Assembly: GCA_963740085.1 (NCBI GenBank)
Contig: CAVUCU010000003.1
Location: forward strand, 160,001 to 224,000
Length of the DNA stretch: 64,000 nucleotides
Direction of reading: 5' to 3'
Source: Nitrospirota bacterium
GTDB taxonomy: Bacteria; Nitrospirota; UBA9217
The notes below the pieces were generated by a model. That model ran no database searches and had not been told where the DNA came from. It worked only from the letters and a program-made list of their open reading frames with translations. The translations under genes and the position numbers were made by a program. Shown one piece after another: positions 19,172 through 29,103 of the stretch; within the stretch, counting starts at the first letter, position 1; each line of letters opens with the position of its first letter.

Positions 19172-22100
19172 TCAAACATCGCTGAGCAGCTTATCGAATA
19201 AATGCCTCACCTGCCTGCTCATCAGGTTATAATCATCGAGAAGCTTCTGCCCGGCCGATACTCCCTCATCCGGGTATTCCATGCGGAGCGCAAGAGGGAG
19301 AAGCTTTGCCGGGTCCCTGCTCAGTTCACTTGTTGCCTGGTTCGAAACGATCCTCAACCTGTTTTCGAGCCGCCGCATGAACAGATAAGCCCGTACCAGG
19401 GTCGCGTATGCATCCTCGTCAAGGAGCCCCTCTCTTTTCAAGGCCCGCAGGGCATTATATGTTCCGGGGATCCGGACCCTTTGGTGCTGCTTCCCGCAGA
19501 GAAGCTGCAAATACTGGACAAGGAAGTCAATGTCCACAAGGCCGCCAGCACCCTGCTTGATATTGTAGGAAGCCTCGCTTTCCCTGCCGACCTCATTCTC
19601 CATCCTTTTTCGCATCGAGGTAATGTCCTTGGCCAAGGTTGCCCGGTCCACGTCCCGATAAATGAGTGCCTGGATCAGGCGACAGAATATCGCACCGAGT
19701 GCGCGGTCCCCTGCAACACACCTCGCCCGCAGCAGCGCCTGAAGCTCCCAGGTCTCCGCCTGGCTGGAATAGTAATTTTTGAAGGCATCGACACTCTGCA
19801 CCAGCGGCCCTTTAGAGCCCGTGGGTCGGAGCCGGGTGTCCACGCGGAAAACGAACCCCTCACGCGTGAGCGTGGAAAGATAGGAGATCGTCTTTTCCGC
19901 CACTTTGCTGAAATATTCGAACACCGTCAGACCTGCGGGCGGGGATGCGGCCCGGAGTTCCGTGAAGACAAAGAGGATATCGAGATCAGAACCGTAAGAA
20001 AGCTCCCTGCCGCCGAGTTTGCCGACACCGATTACGGCAAGGCCGGCCGTGGACCCCTGCATATTGTACCGCTTGCCGGTTTCATTTGCGGCAAGAGCAA
20101 GTGCTGCATCGAGACAAACCTCCGCGAGCTTCGACAGATCGCGGGAGACCGCAGCCAGCGGCATATTCGACAACAAGTCCGCCATGCCGATCCGGATCTC
20201 TTCCAGGTGTTTGAACCGCCGCAAGGCGTCAAGGTTCGCCGCAAGGTCCGGAGACCGCTCCAGGGCCTCGCCGAGTTCCTTCGCAAAGCTCGCGCTCGTG
20301 CCGGTGCCGGAGGATTTTCGGAACTCGATGAGGTTTTGGAGGAGTATCGGCCTGCTCACGAGCAATCGTGACAAATACTCGCTGTTGGCAAATATCGCGA
20401 TCAGGACCTTGCCGGCCGATGGACCTATCTTCATCAGCGCCTGAAAGGCTTCCCACGAGCCTTGCGCCGCGAGAAAGGACTCCAGCTGGTTCAGCGCCAT
20501 GTCGGGATCGGGTGAAGAGATGATCTCCTGAAAAAGCGCCGGAAAGATCTCGTTAAAAAGCTTGCGGCTTCGCGGCGTTTGATGAACGAAGGCTGTTCCC
20601 TCGCGAAGCAAAAGCAGGTCCCGGAACGCCTTGCCGGGGTCCTTGAATCCAAGCTTCCCCAACAGCGAGACCGCCTCCTGCTCTGGTGTCTCAGGGTCGA
20701 GTAGCGCTGAATAGTCCCTGGCTGATGATTTGACGGCCCCTTCTTCACCCGTAAAAGCGAACAGGTCGTCATAGATGCCCCTTACCTTTTTCGTATGATC
20801 GGCATAGTTGTGGAGCAACTCCTCCGCCTCTCCTCCATGGGGGTCGAAATAACCGGTACGCCGGGCAAGGGTGCGCAGTTCAGGTTCGTCGCCCGGAAGC
20901 GTCTGGGTCTGCAGATCATCGAGGATCTGGATCCGGTGCTCCACGGTCCGCAGGAAGATATAGGCCTTGGAAAGCACGTCGTGCTCCTGATCGGTGATAA
21001 GTCCCTTTTGCGCAAGGACATGGAGCGCCTTGAGCGCGTTCTTTTCGCGCAGCGTCCGGTCCCGGCCGGAGTAGATAAGCTGAAGCGCCTGGATCACGAA
21101 CTCGATCTCCCGGATGCCGCCGTAGCCGAGCTTTACGTCGCGGTGAGTCCTCCCCTTCTGCTCCACGTCCCTGTTGATCTTCTGCTTCATGTCGCGGATC
21201 TCGGCGATGGCGCTGTAATCCAGGTACTTCCGGTACACAAATGGGGCGATGCGGTCCATGAATTCCCTGCCCACGGCCTCGTCGCCGGCTACCGGTCTTG
21301 CCTTGAGCAACGCCGACCGTTCCCAGGTCTGGCCCCAGGACTCGTAGTAGATCTCATACCCGCCCAGGCTCTGGGCCAGTGGACCACGCTGCCCCTCGGG
21401 CCGGAGACGCATGTCCACGCGGAACACGAACCCGTCCTCGGTCTTCTCGTTGATGGCAGCGCTCAGCTTCTCCGCGAGTTTGATAAAATACTGGTGATTC
21501 GTTATCCGGTTCGTTCTGTGACCGTCTGAGGTGACTATCCCCTCCGTCTCGCCATCGGCGGTATAGACATACATAAGGTCAACATCGGAGCTGAAGTTCA
21601 GTTCCCTTCCCCCAAGTTTGCCCATGGCGATGACCGCGAATCCGGCGGGAGCCATTGTTCCGTCGGGGTTCTCCATGATCGGTCTGCCGTATCGTTTCGT
21701 GAGCCCGGCATCGGCCCATTCATAGGCCCTCTGCAAGCTCACTTCGGCAAGATGAGACAGGTCCTCCACGGTCTCCCTGAGATCGGCCCTGCCGAGCAGA
21801 TCGCGCAGCCCGATCCTGAGCATCTCTTTTTTACGGTTCAGACGAAGCAACCGGAAGAACTCGTGATCTTCAGGATGGTCGCCGACCAACGCCGCGAGCC
21901 GTTCGTCCAGTTGCCGTTTGTCGGTTGGATGGGAAAGAACGAGCGGATCGGACAAAAAAACCAGGCTTTCATCGGCGATCGTGACGAGGAAGGTGGAAAG
22001 AAACCGGCTTGCGCCGAATATCGTGATGAGCGCGCGAAGAATGTCATGCCTCCTCCGGCAAAGCGAGATGAAGGAGGGAATGTCCGTAAGCGCGCTCACG

Positions 22101-22303
22101 AACCGTTCGATATTGTTCAGCGCCATGTCAGGATCAGCGGCCTTGGACAGATCGGCAAGCAGCAGCGATGCGACCTCCGCAAAGTTCTCCGGGCCGAGCT
22201 TTGCGCCCAGGAGGTCGAGGTTTCCGAGCGCCTGCGCCGCGTCCTGTACGCCGAGATGCAATAATTGCTCTGGATTAGCCGTTATATGTTTGTCAAATGA
22301 CAT
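19172..22303 (-). CDS. glnE: Bifunctional glutamine synthetase adenylyltransferase/deadenylase
   Basis: Two NT domains: MGKLGGRELNFSSDVDL...RVDMRLRPEG and GKLGGRELSYGSDLD...VDTRLRPTG; also KLGYGGIREIEF. Confidence 0.95.
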   Translation of the reverse strand: MSFDKHITANPEQLLHLGVQDAAQALGNLDLLGAKLGPENFAEVASLLLADLSKAADPDMALNNIERFVSALTDIPSFISLCRRRHDILRALITIFGASRFLSTFLVTIADESLVFLSDPLVLSHPTDKRQLDERLAALVGDHPEDHEFFRLLRLNRKKEMLRIGLRDLLGRADLRETVEDLSHLAEVSLQRAYEWADAGLTKRYGRPIMENPDGTMAPAGFAVIAMGKLGGRELNFSSDVDLMYVYTADGETEGIVTSDGHRTNRITNHQYFIKLAEKLSAAINEKTEDGFVFRVDMRLRPEGQRGPLAQSLGGYEIYYESWGQTWERSALLKARPVAGDEAVGREFMDRIAPFVYRKYLDYSAIAEIRDMKQKINRDVEQKGRTHRDVKLGYGGIREIEFVIQALQLIYSGRDRTLREKNALKALHVLAQKGLITDQEHDVLSKAYIFLRTVEHRIQILDDLQTQTLPGDEPELRTLARRTGYFDPHGGEAEELLHNYADHTKKVRGIYDDLFAFTGEEGAVKSSARDYSALLDPETPEQEAVSLLGKLGFKDPGKAFRDLLLLREGTAFVHQTPRSRKLFNEIFPALFQEIISSPDPDMALNQLESFLAAQGSWEAFQALMKIGPSAGKVLIAIFANSEYLSRLLVSRPILLQNLIEFRKSSGTGTSASFAKELGEALERSPDLAANLDALRRFKHLEEIRIGMADLLSNMPLAAVSRDLSKLAEVCLDAALALAANETGKRYNMQGSTAGLAVIGVGKLGGRELSYGSDLDILFVFTELRAASPPAGLTVFEYFSKVAEKTISYLSTLTREGFVFRVDTRLRPTGSKGPLVQSVDAFKNYYSSQAETWELQALLRARCVAGDRALGAIFCRLIQALIYRDVDRATLAKDITSMRKRMENEVGRESEASYNIKQGAGGLVDIDFLVQYLQLLCGKQHQRVRIPGTYNALRALKREGLLDEDAYATLVRAYLFMRRLENRLRIVSNQATSELSRDPAKLLPLALRMEYPDEGVSAGQKLLDDYNLMSRQVRHLFDKLLSDV

Positions 22304-22353
22304 TTTTTATATTATACTGACAAGTATCAGGAGATACAAGCGCAACAATGATA

Positions 22354-22420
22354 CAGAGCGCAGAGGGCATAGCGCAAAGGGCAAAGGGGCAAACGCTATG
22401 CGCTATGCCCCATGCGTTCT
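22354..22420. repeat. Intergenic bipartite inverted heptamer repeat
   Basis: CAGAGCG CAGAGGG CATAGCG CAAAGGG CAAAGGG ... CGCTATG CGCTATG CCCCATG. Confidence 0.75.
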
Positions 22421-22454
22421 ACACCTTGCTCTCTGCTTCATGTGCGTCTCTATA

Positions 22455-22877
22455 ATGACCCAACTCCGAGACAATCGCAAATGCTACGTCTGCGGCAGGG
22501 ATAACCCCGCCGGCCTTGGCGTTGATTTTCATATCGACAGAGAACGGCGCTCCATCAGCGCGAAATTCACCCCTTCGGATATTTACCAGGGGTACGAAGG
22601 GATCGTCCACGGCGGCATCCTTTCGACTTTGCTCGATGAGGCCATGGCCAAGCTCACCGTCAGCCTCGGAATCCCCGCCGTGACCGCCGAAATGAAGGTC
22701 ACCTTCAAGGCCCCGGCTGCTCCGGGAGAGGAGCTGTATGTTTCCGGCAAGCTCACGCAGGAGACCAGGCGTCTGATCCAGGCCGAGGCGAAGATCGAGC
22801 GGGGGCCGGTCCTGATCGCGGAGGCCACGGGAAAGTTACTGAGAATCAGTTCGGAGTTCAGCGAGATCAGTTCATAG
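22455..22877 (+). CDS. PaaI family thioesterase (hotdog fold)
   Basis: MTQLRDNRKCYVCGRDNPAGL...YQGYEGIVHGGILSTLLDEAM. This is the real 3' part of ORF 21918..22877. Confidence 0.85.
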   Translation: MTQLRDNRKCYVCGRDNPAGLGVDFHIDRERRSISAKFTPSDIYQGYEGIVHGGILSTLLDEAMAKLTVSLGIPAVTAEMKVTFKAPAAPGEELYVSGKLTQETRRLIQAEAKIERGPVLIAEATGKLLRISSEFSEISS

Positions 22878-22985
22878 TTCAGAGTTCATGGAGCATAGTA
22901 ATAGAAATAAGCTTCATAACTCTTGACTCTGAATTTTGAACTCCTGCACTCTGAGCTCTACCTTTGAACTCTGAACTGTGAACTA
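22848..22985. repeat. Bipartite inverted heptamer repeat (AGTTCAG/CTGAACT) overlapping the thioesterase stop
   Basis: AGTTCGG AGTTCAG...AGTTCAT AGTTCAG AGTTCAT ... TTGAACT CTGAACT GTGAACT. Confidence 0.8.
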
Positions 22986-22991
22986 TTTATT

Positions 22992-25136
22992 ATGGAATAC
23001 ACCCACAAACAACTCATAGCTCTGATCAAGACCAGGACAGGGAAGCCCGTGATGGTGCGCGAGCTGATGCGTCTCCTAAAGCTCCAAACCTTCGACAGGC
23101 ATGAACTTAAACAGGCGCTTAACGAGCTCGTCCTGAGCGGTGAGATCGTCAAGACGCGCGGCAATCGCTACGGCCTGCCCGAGAAGATGGACCTCGAGAC
23201 CGGCATCTTCCAGGCCCATCCGCAGGGATACGGATTCGTGATACCGGAGACAAAGGGCAGGACCGACATCTACATCTCCGCGAAGGGAAAACTGGACGCC
23301 ATGAACGGCGACAAGATCGTGGCACGCGTATCGCCGCCGGTCGGAAGAAAGAAGATCGCGGGCAAGCGCGAGGGCGTGATCATCCGCATCCTCGAGCGTG
23401 CGCACACGCGGGTCGTCGGCTCGTACGAACTCCCTGATGTGAAAGCCGGAGGATACGGGTTTGTAACGTCGCGCGACCCCAAGATCACCCAGGACCTCGT
23501 CATCGGCAGGGAGAACGCAGGCAATGCAAAGAGCGGCGACATCGTGTCCGCCGAGATCATCGCTTATCCCATGCGCGGCAGACCGCCGGAAGGCAGGATC
23601 GTCAAGGTCATCGGCAAGCCCGGCGATCCCGGCATCGACTCTGAACTGATCATCGAGCAGTACGAGCTCCCGGTCCATTTTACGCCCGCCACGCTGCGGG
23701 AAGCTGACGACATCCCGCAGCAGATCAGCGTTGCTATGCTCAAGGGCAGGAAAGACCTCCGGGACCTGGTGACGGTCACCATCGACGGAGAAACAGCCCG
23801 CGACTTCGACGACGCGATCTCAATCGAAAAGATCAGGGCGGGGTACCGGCTCTGGGTGCACATCGCGGACGTTTCCAGCTATGTCAAGGAAGGCACATCG
23901 CTCGATGAAGAGGCGTACCAGCGCGCCACGAGCGTGTATCTTCCGGACCGCGCCATTCCCATGCTTCCCGAGGCGCTCTCGAACGGCATCTGCAGCCTGA
24001 ACCCGAACGTGGACCGGCTCACCTTCACCTGCGAGATGGACATCTCGCCGGAAGGAGCGATCCTGCGGTACGACATCTACGAGAGCGTCATCAACAGCAA
24101 CGAGCGCATGACCTACACCGCGGTTCGCGAGATCCTCGTGGACCGGGACGCGGCCCAACGGAAACGCTATGCCGCGCTTCTCACGGAGTTCGGGCTCATG
24201 GAAGAGCTCATGGCGATCCTGCGCGCGAAACGTGCGAAACGCGGCAGCATCGACTTCGATCTTCCCGAGCCCCAGATCGTACTCGACCTCCAGGGCCGCA
24301 TGACCGACATTCTGCGGGCCGAGCGGAACATGGCTCATCAGATCATCGAGGAGTTCATGCTTGCGGCGAACGAGACCACGGCGCACCACATCGAAAAGAA
24401 AAAAGCGCCGTTCATCTATCGCATTCATGAGGAACCGGCCGAGGAAAAACTGACGGACCTCATCGATTTCCTCGCCACCCTCGGCATAACCCTCCCCGCG
24501 GTGAAGAAGCTGAAACCCCTGCACCTGCAGAAGGCGCTTGCCAAGGCCAAGGGCACGCCGGAAGAGACGCTGATCAACACCGTCCTGCTCCGCACCATGA
24601 AACAGGCAAAGTATTCGGCGGAGAACGTCGGACATTTCGGACTCGCCGCAGAGACCTATACGCACTTCACCTCACCCATCCGTCGCTACCCGGACCTGAT
24701 CGTGCACCGCATCCTGAAGGCGGACTTAAATGGCAGGTTGAAGAACGAAACTTATGCGGAACAGCTTGCCGAAAAACTTCCCGGCCAGGCGGATCATTGC
24801 TCCAAACGCGAACGGGTCGCGATGGAGGCGGAGCGTGACGTGATCACCATGCTCAAACTCGAATTCATGAAGGACAAGGTCGGCGAGGTGTACGACGGCA
24901 TCATCACCGGTGTACTGCAGTTCGGCTTTTTCGTTCAGTTAAATGAGTTCTTCGTGGAGGGACTGGTCCACGTCTCATCGCTCTCCGATGACTACTATCA
25001 CTATATTGAGAAGATGCACAGCCTGCGGGGGGAACGGAAGAAGCGCTCGTACCGCATCGGCGATACGGTGCGGGTGCGCGTGGACCGCGTCGATCCCGTC
25101 AGGAAGCGGATCGACTTTACGTTATCTGCGGATTAA
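22992..25136 (+). CDS. rnr: Ribonuclease R
   Basis: Motifs TIDGETARDFDDAIS, IEEFMLAAN and YTHFTSPIRRYPDL; C-terminal S1 domain. Confidence 0.95.
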   Translation: MEYTHKQLIALIKTRTGKPVMVRELMRLLKLQTFDRHELKQALNELVLSGEIVKTRGNRYGLPEKMDLETGIFQAHPQGYGFVIPETKGRTDIYISAKGKLDAMNGDKIVARVSPPVGRKKIAGKREGVIIRILERAHTRVVGSYELPDVKAGGYGFVTSRDPKITQDLVIGRENAGNAKSGDIVSAEIIAYPMRGRPPEGRIVKVIGKPGDPGIDSELIIEQYELPVHFTPATLREADDIPQQISVAMLKGRKDLRDLVTVTIDGETARDFDDAISIEKIRAGYRLWVHIADVSSYVKEGTSLDEEAYQRATSVYLPDRAIPMLPEALSNGICSLNPNVDRLTFTCEMDISPEGAILRYDIYESVINSNERMTYTAVREILVDRDAAQRKRYAALLTEFGLMEELMAILRAKRAKRGSIDFDLPEPQIVLDLQGRMTDILRAERNMAHQIIEEFMLAANETTAHHIEKKKAPFIYRIHEEPAEEKLTDLIDFLATLGITLPAVKKLKPLHLQKALAKAKGTPEETLINTVLLRTMKQAKYSAENVGHFGLAAETYTHFTSPIRRYPDLIVHRILKADLNGRLKNETYAEQLAEKLPGQADHCSKRERVAMEAERDVITMLKLEFMKDKVGEVYDGIITGVLQFGFFVQLNEFFVEGLVHVSSLSDDYYHYIEKMHSLRGERKKRSYRIGDTVRVRVDRVDPVRKRIDFTLSAD

Positions 25137-25188
25137 AACGTTTTTCAGGACAGCCGACAGGTTGGGCTGTTCCCAGGATTGTAATAAA

Positions 25189-25728
25189 TCAGAGGTACTT
25201 GTTGCGAATACGCGCCAACACCTGGCTTACCCGTGTTTGCAGACTACCGCTGACCTCCAGCACGTCCACATCAAAACCGTATGAATTCCCCAAGGCTATC
25301 TCCTCGAGAATCTCATCCACGCGTTGTCTGTACATAGCGTCCTGCGACACGGGTAGAACTATCCGGTCGGGCTCTTCGATAGATAAAAATACCACTAGAT
25401 CAAGCTTTCTAACTGCCACTCGAATGCGAGGTAACCAGGCGTCGAGATCAAACGCTTCAAAGTCGGCATGCGAAAGAAGGTAGCCCAGGATGTCAACCGG
25501 ACAGCGGTCAAAAATCACATTCGGCGCGCTTTCGTCAAGATTCTCGATGGAGCGCTCCAGTTGCAGCTCGAAATCTTCGAGTGAGGGCAACTCAGCAAAC
25601 TCGTATCCCTCGTCTTGCAATTGGTGGTAGGGCTCCTCGACGGTTGTATACTGGGGCAGCGCTTCTGACAACGCGTCGACGAGCGATGACTTTCCCGAAA
25701 AGTGAGTGCCTGAAATTGCTATCCGCAT
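25189..25728 (-). CDS. AAA_28-like P-loop ATPase/kinase
   Basis: MRIAISGTHFSGKSSL (Walker A) and VIFDRCPVD. Confidence 0.75.
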   Translation of the reverse strand: MRIAISGTHFSGKSSLVDALSEALPQYTTVEEPYHQLQDEGYEFAELPSLEDFELQLERSIENLDESAPNVIFDRCPVDILGYLLSHADFEAFDLDAWLPRIRVAVRKLDLVVFLSIEEPDRIVLPVSQDAMYRQRVDEILEEIALGNSYGFDVDVLEVSGSLQTRVSQVLARIRNKYL

Positions 25729-25805
25729 ATTAGCTTTGAGAAAAAAGTCCCCTCACAATTGCAAATATATTCCCCGTGCCGATTAATTCATCGCGTTGCT
25801 CTTCT

Positions 25806-26443
25806 TTAACGGCGGCCGCTCTCCCTGGATATCGCGGCCTTCATTTCATCATAAGTGCGAGACGTAAGTAGGTCCCCATCCTGCGGTATCATGCCGTTTT
25901 GAAAATCAAGTTCTTTAAAGGGGGCGATACGATCTCTGGTTCAAGGGCAATGCCGAGGCACTGAATATCCGTAATACAGCCATCATGGCGGTCGCGTCTC
26001 ACGACGAAATCAGTGCACGGAAATTTTCTGGGTTGTTCGAACACCTTAAGAACTTTATGAGGCCCCAAGGAAGCCAGATACCGGCCGTTCATGTAAAGCA
26101 CTGACCCATCATGCAATTCTATGAAATAATGCGGTCCCTCTTCATTGGCCCCCTCGACCTCGAAATATCGAGTTGCTCGATACGCCGTGGAGACAAGAAG
26201 ACCCTCCTGCTCGGACTGCTCATCTCGTTCGGGAGCTCTTGAAAGGCTCCAAAAATCGGTTCCCGGGGCATTGACGAGTTTGTTGGTAAAGAAAAGCGAA
26301 AGGGAGAAACCAATCAGAATTGCAATGCCCATCAACCACTCCGGTGCGTTTGCCGGAAGGAGGGCCATGAACGCGCCGGTTATTGCAAAAAGACCGATTA
26401 AGAACGATAGGGCGGCAATAAGCAGTCTCATTGATCCTCTCAA
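25806..26443 (-). CDS. Hypothetical membrane protein; frameshift in the homopolymer run at 25920-25924
   Basis: Two N-terminal TM helices. An alternative frame continues PFKELDFQNGMIPQDGDLLTSRTYDEMK...* to 25806. Confidence 0.6.
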
Positions 26444-26541
26444 ATAGTAATCACACTGTGTTCCAACAAGGAAAGCAGTGAGGCGGTTATCGCGCGACGG
26501 GACGACCCCACCCTTGTTTTACAAAAGACCGGGTGCTCGGG

Positions 26542-26614
26542 TTTCTTTTCGTTCCCGCTGGCAGTGATGTGATATACGGCGCCGAGATATTCTATGCAGA
26601 GAGGAACAGGCCAT
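26542..26614 (-). pseudogene. N-terminal remnant of a REP-associated/IS200-like Y1 tyrosine transposase
   Basis: MA(frameshift)PLCIEYLGAVYHITASGNEKK resembles the MARPLRIEYPGAxYHITSRGNE start of RAYT/Y1 transposases. Confidence 0.6.
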
Positions 26615-26681
26615 GCGGTGAGATTATCAGAAGATTTGTTGAAAGTCAAAAATATAGACCTAATTCCAAGATGTTTTCCGC

Positions 26682-27968
26682 TCAGTAATATCCCAGTCTT
26701 CTCGTCACGGCGACCAGGACGACCGAGATCCCGATCGACCCCGCCATGAGGGTAAGCGAGATCGCAAGGCTGTTCAGCAGTGACGGATCCAGAAGCAGCA
26801 TGACGCTCAGTCCGAGCATCATCGTGCCCGAGACGAGCTTCAGAGCCCGTCCCTGCTGTTCCGTGAGCTTCTTTCTTCCAAGGGTGATCGTGAAGACCAG
26901 GACGATGGCGAAGAGCGGGAGCACGCGGATCACGTTATAGAGGACGAGATACAGGTAGGAGGAAAGGGCCGGAACGCGATCGAGCGTCAGGACCCGGGTG
27001 AAGACCATGGGAAAGCCGGCCGTGCAGAGGAGCTCGTAGAAGTTCGCCAGGATGGCGAGCACTGTGGTCCCGGCAAGGATCGACAGGAGTGACGCGGACC
27101 GGACGAGCTGCCGCATGCGGTCGAAGAGCTTGGGCTTGGCGCTCTCGGGGATAGACAGGGAGATGCCTTTCTTGAAGGCAAAGAAGTCCTTGACGTTGAC
27201 GGCGCCGATGAAAAGCGAAACGAGGCCCGCGGCGGTTGTTACCGACGAGACGTTCGCCATGACGAGGAAGAGGTTCAGCCATGCGGCCATGACGAGCAGG
27301 GAAATGAACCCGGAGAAGAAGACGAAGACGGTGCCCACGAGAAGCATCCTGTTCCGCGACCGGGCATGGACCAGGAGCCCCAGGAGCGACAGCAGCACGA
27401 AGAAGGCGCAGGGGTTGAAGCTGTCCATCCCGGCGATCACGATGGTCAGGACCGGCAGCGAGAGATTGCGGGCGTCCAGCGTGCCGAGGAGCGGGAGCTC
27501 GAATGAGATGCCGCGCTCCCCGGACTGTGCCGGCAAGAGACTGACGGCCGCGCCTCCCCTGCTCCGCAGCAGCGCAACGGGATCCCTGCAGGACGCGGCC
27601 CCGCATTCGTCCACCTCCTTCACGATCTGCTCCTGAATGTGTCTTGAGAATCCCACGAATACCCGCTCGCCCACGAAGGTGACGGGAACTCCGGGCGTCT
27701 CTTTTCCCTGCTGGTCCATCAGGTCCTGCAGGAGCTCCAGGTTCCGGCGGTCCTTCAGCACTTCGTGCTCAGTGATCCGGAGACGCGGATCGCTCCGGCC
27801 GAGCCCGGCGAGGAACGCCCGTTCCTCTTCGCAGTGCGCGCAGCCCTCACCCCAGAAGAGATGGACGGGCACGGTGACGCCGTCCTTCCGGCTTTGAACA
27901 TCGGCATGGGCGGCGCCGGCCGTCAGGGAGAGGAGGAGGCAGAGGATCGCGGTTGTCAGCCTGGTCAT
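26682..27968 (-). CDS. Thioredoxin/glutaredoxin-fold (CAHC) protein fused to a CcdA/DsbD-like membrane domain
   Basis: Signal peptide, FWGEGCAHC, and membrane DSFNPCAF and ELLCTAGFP cysteines. Confidence 0.75.
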   Translation of the reverse strand: MTRLTTAILCLLLSLTAGAAHADVQSRKDGVTVPVHLFWGEGCAHCEEERAFLAGLGRSDPRLRITEHEVLKDRRNLELLQDLMDQQGKETPGVPVTFVGERVFVGFSRHIQEQIVKEVDECGAASCRDPVALLRSRGGAAVSLLPAQSGERGISFELPLLGTLDARNLSLPVLTIVIAGMDSFNPCAFFVLLSLLGLLVHARSRNRMLLVGTVFVFFSGFISLLVMAAWLNLFLVMANVSSVTTAAGLVSLFIGAVNVKDFFAFKKGISLSIPESAKPKLFDRMRQLVRSASLLSILAGTTVLAILANFYELLCTAGFPMVFTRVLTLDRVPALSSYLYLVLYNVIRVLPLFAIVLVFTITLGRKKLTEQQGRALKLVSGTMMLGLSVMLLLDPSLLNSLAISLTLMAGSIGISVVLVAVTRRLGYY

Positions 27969-28294
27969 TGGTCACGGACCTCGATGTGACTTGCTGAAAG
28001 TGGGGCGACTATTGCTGATCGTCGGTTTGTGCTTTTCCGTTCTTTCCCGGGGCGTCTTGCCGATCTCGAAGAGCGTGCCCATGAACGCGATTTTCAGCAT
28101 GTCGAGAGGTTCTGTCTCGTTTCTTCGTCCGGGCGGGAAGGAACGAGCACGTGATGGCGCGTCTTTCAGCGATCCTCTCGGCGAGAGTGTTAGATGTCCC
28201 GAATTGCGCGTCACTTCTCGCACCTTGATATATTTTATGCGTCCTTTTTGAACGACGTGCTGGGCGAGATACATCTTAACAATCTAAATACAGT

Positions 28295-28684
28295 TCATGT
28301 AAGCAGCCACTTGGTAGTATCATCAATAGTTCGAAATGCATGATACGTAATGGGTATTTCGTCATATTCTGCATATGCCTCATACATTCGAGATAATCCA
28401 AAATCTATATCAAATTTACCCACCAGCGCAGTTTTGCCGCCCGAACGTTTTTCAGTATGACTTTTCATTTCAGCAGATATTCTGTGGAAATCGTCAGCTG
28501 TAATTTTGCCTACCGAGCCTTTAAGAGCATTCCATAAAACGTATTTCGTGGGGTTCTCATTATAGTACTTCGATGAATAATTCAATATTTCATTTGCTGA
28601 TAAGTCACCTTCAACAGTGAATATTGTTAGATCAGCTTCCGCTACGATTTTTACCGTGATAATTGCCATTTTGTGATGTCTCAC
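28295..28684 (-). CDS. Hypothetical protein (SpoIIAA/STAS-like), integron cassette
   Basis: AT-rich; begins right after the attC R' site; KTALVGKFDIDFGLSRMYE. Confidence 0.65.
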   Translation of the reverse strand: MRHHKMAIITVKIVAEADLTIFTVEGDLSANEILNYSSKYYNENPTKYVLWNALKGSVGKITADDFHRISAEMKSHTEKRSGGKTALVGKFDIDFGLSRMYEAYAEYDEIPITYHAFRTIDDTTKWLLT

Positions 28685-28739
28685 CTAACGCGGCGCTGAC
28701 GCGCCGCAAGGCGCGTCGCCGTCGAGCGCCAGGTTGGTC
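28683..28739 (-). mobile_element. Integron attC site
   Basis: Minus strand GACCAAC...GTTAGGT with an imperfect palindrome (GGCGCT/AGCGCC, GACGCGCC-GCAA-GGCGCGTC) directly after the stop of 28748..29095. Confidence 0.75.
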
Positions 28740-28747
28740 GTCTTCTT

Positions 28748-29095
28748 TCATTCAGGCAATGAAGGCATAAACGTACGAAGCAATATTGAGCCTAGCACAA
28801 GCAGCGCAATCATGCAGTACGTAGTTATTACGGGCCTACGAATACTTCTATCGATTATAGTCACTTTTAGGTATGCGAGGACAACGGTTGCTCCAGCTAG
28901 ATACATGACTTCAGAAATGTTGGATAAACTTTGAGCTCCGTAACCTGAAGCAGTCAGAATGATCCATATAGCTATCGCTGGAATAGAAGCAAATATTAGC
29001 CATTTTGATTCGGCGCCGCGTCGCTTGGATATTGAATAAGCAGGATAAGAAAGCGCGCAAATGATAAGCAGCAAGACTATGAAGAAGATAGTCAT
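28748..29095 (-). CDS. Hypothetical 4-TM membrane protein, integron cassette
   Basis: AT-rich ORF directly followed by attC. Confidence 0.7.
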   Translation of the reverse strand: MTIFFIVLLLIICALSYPAYSISKRRGAESKWLIFASIPAIAIWIILTASGYGAQSLSNISEVMYLAGATVVLAYLKVTIIDRSIRRPVITTYCMIALLVLGSILLRTFMPSLPE

Positions 29096-29103
29096 ATTAG
29101 GGC

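Noticed and set aside
21918-22454. N-terminal 179 aa of ORF 21918..22877
   Set aside because: It is antisense to glnE and runs through a repeat element. Only the part from ATG22455 looks like a real thioesterase.
22848-22985. CRISPR array interpretation of the short tandem repeats here and elsewhere
   Set aside because: Units are 7-10 nt and degenerate, with no unique spacers and no cas genes.
27972-28274. 100-aa ORF
   Set aside because: No recognisable motifs, and it runs across cassette-boundary-like sequences, so it is probably spurious.
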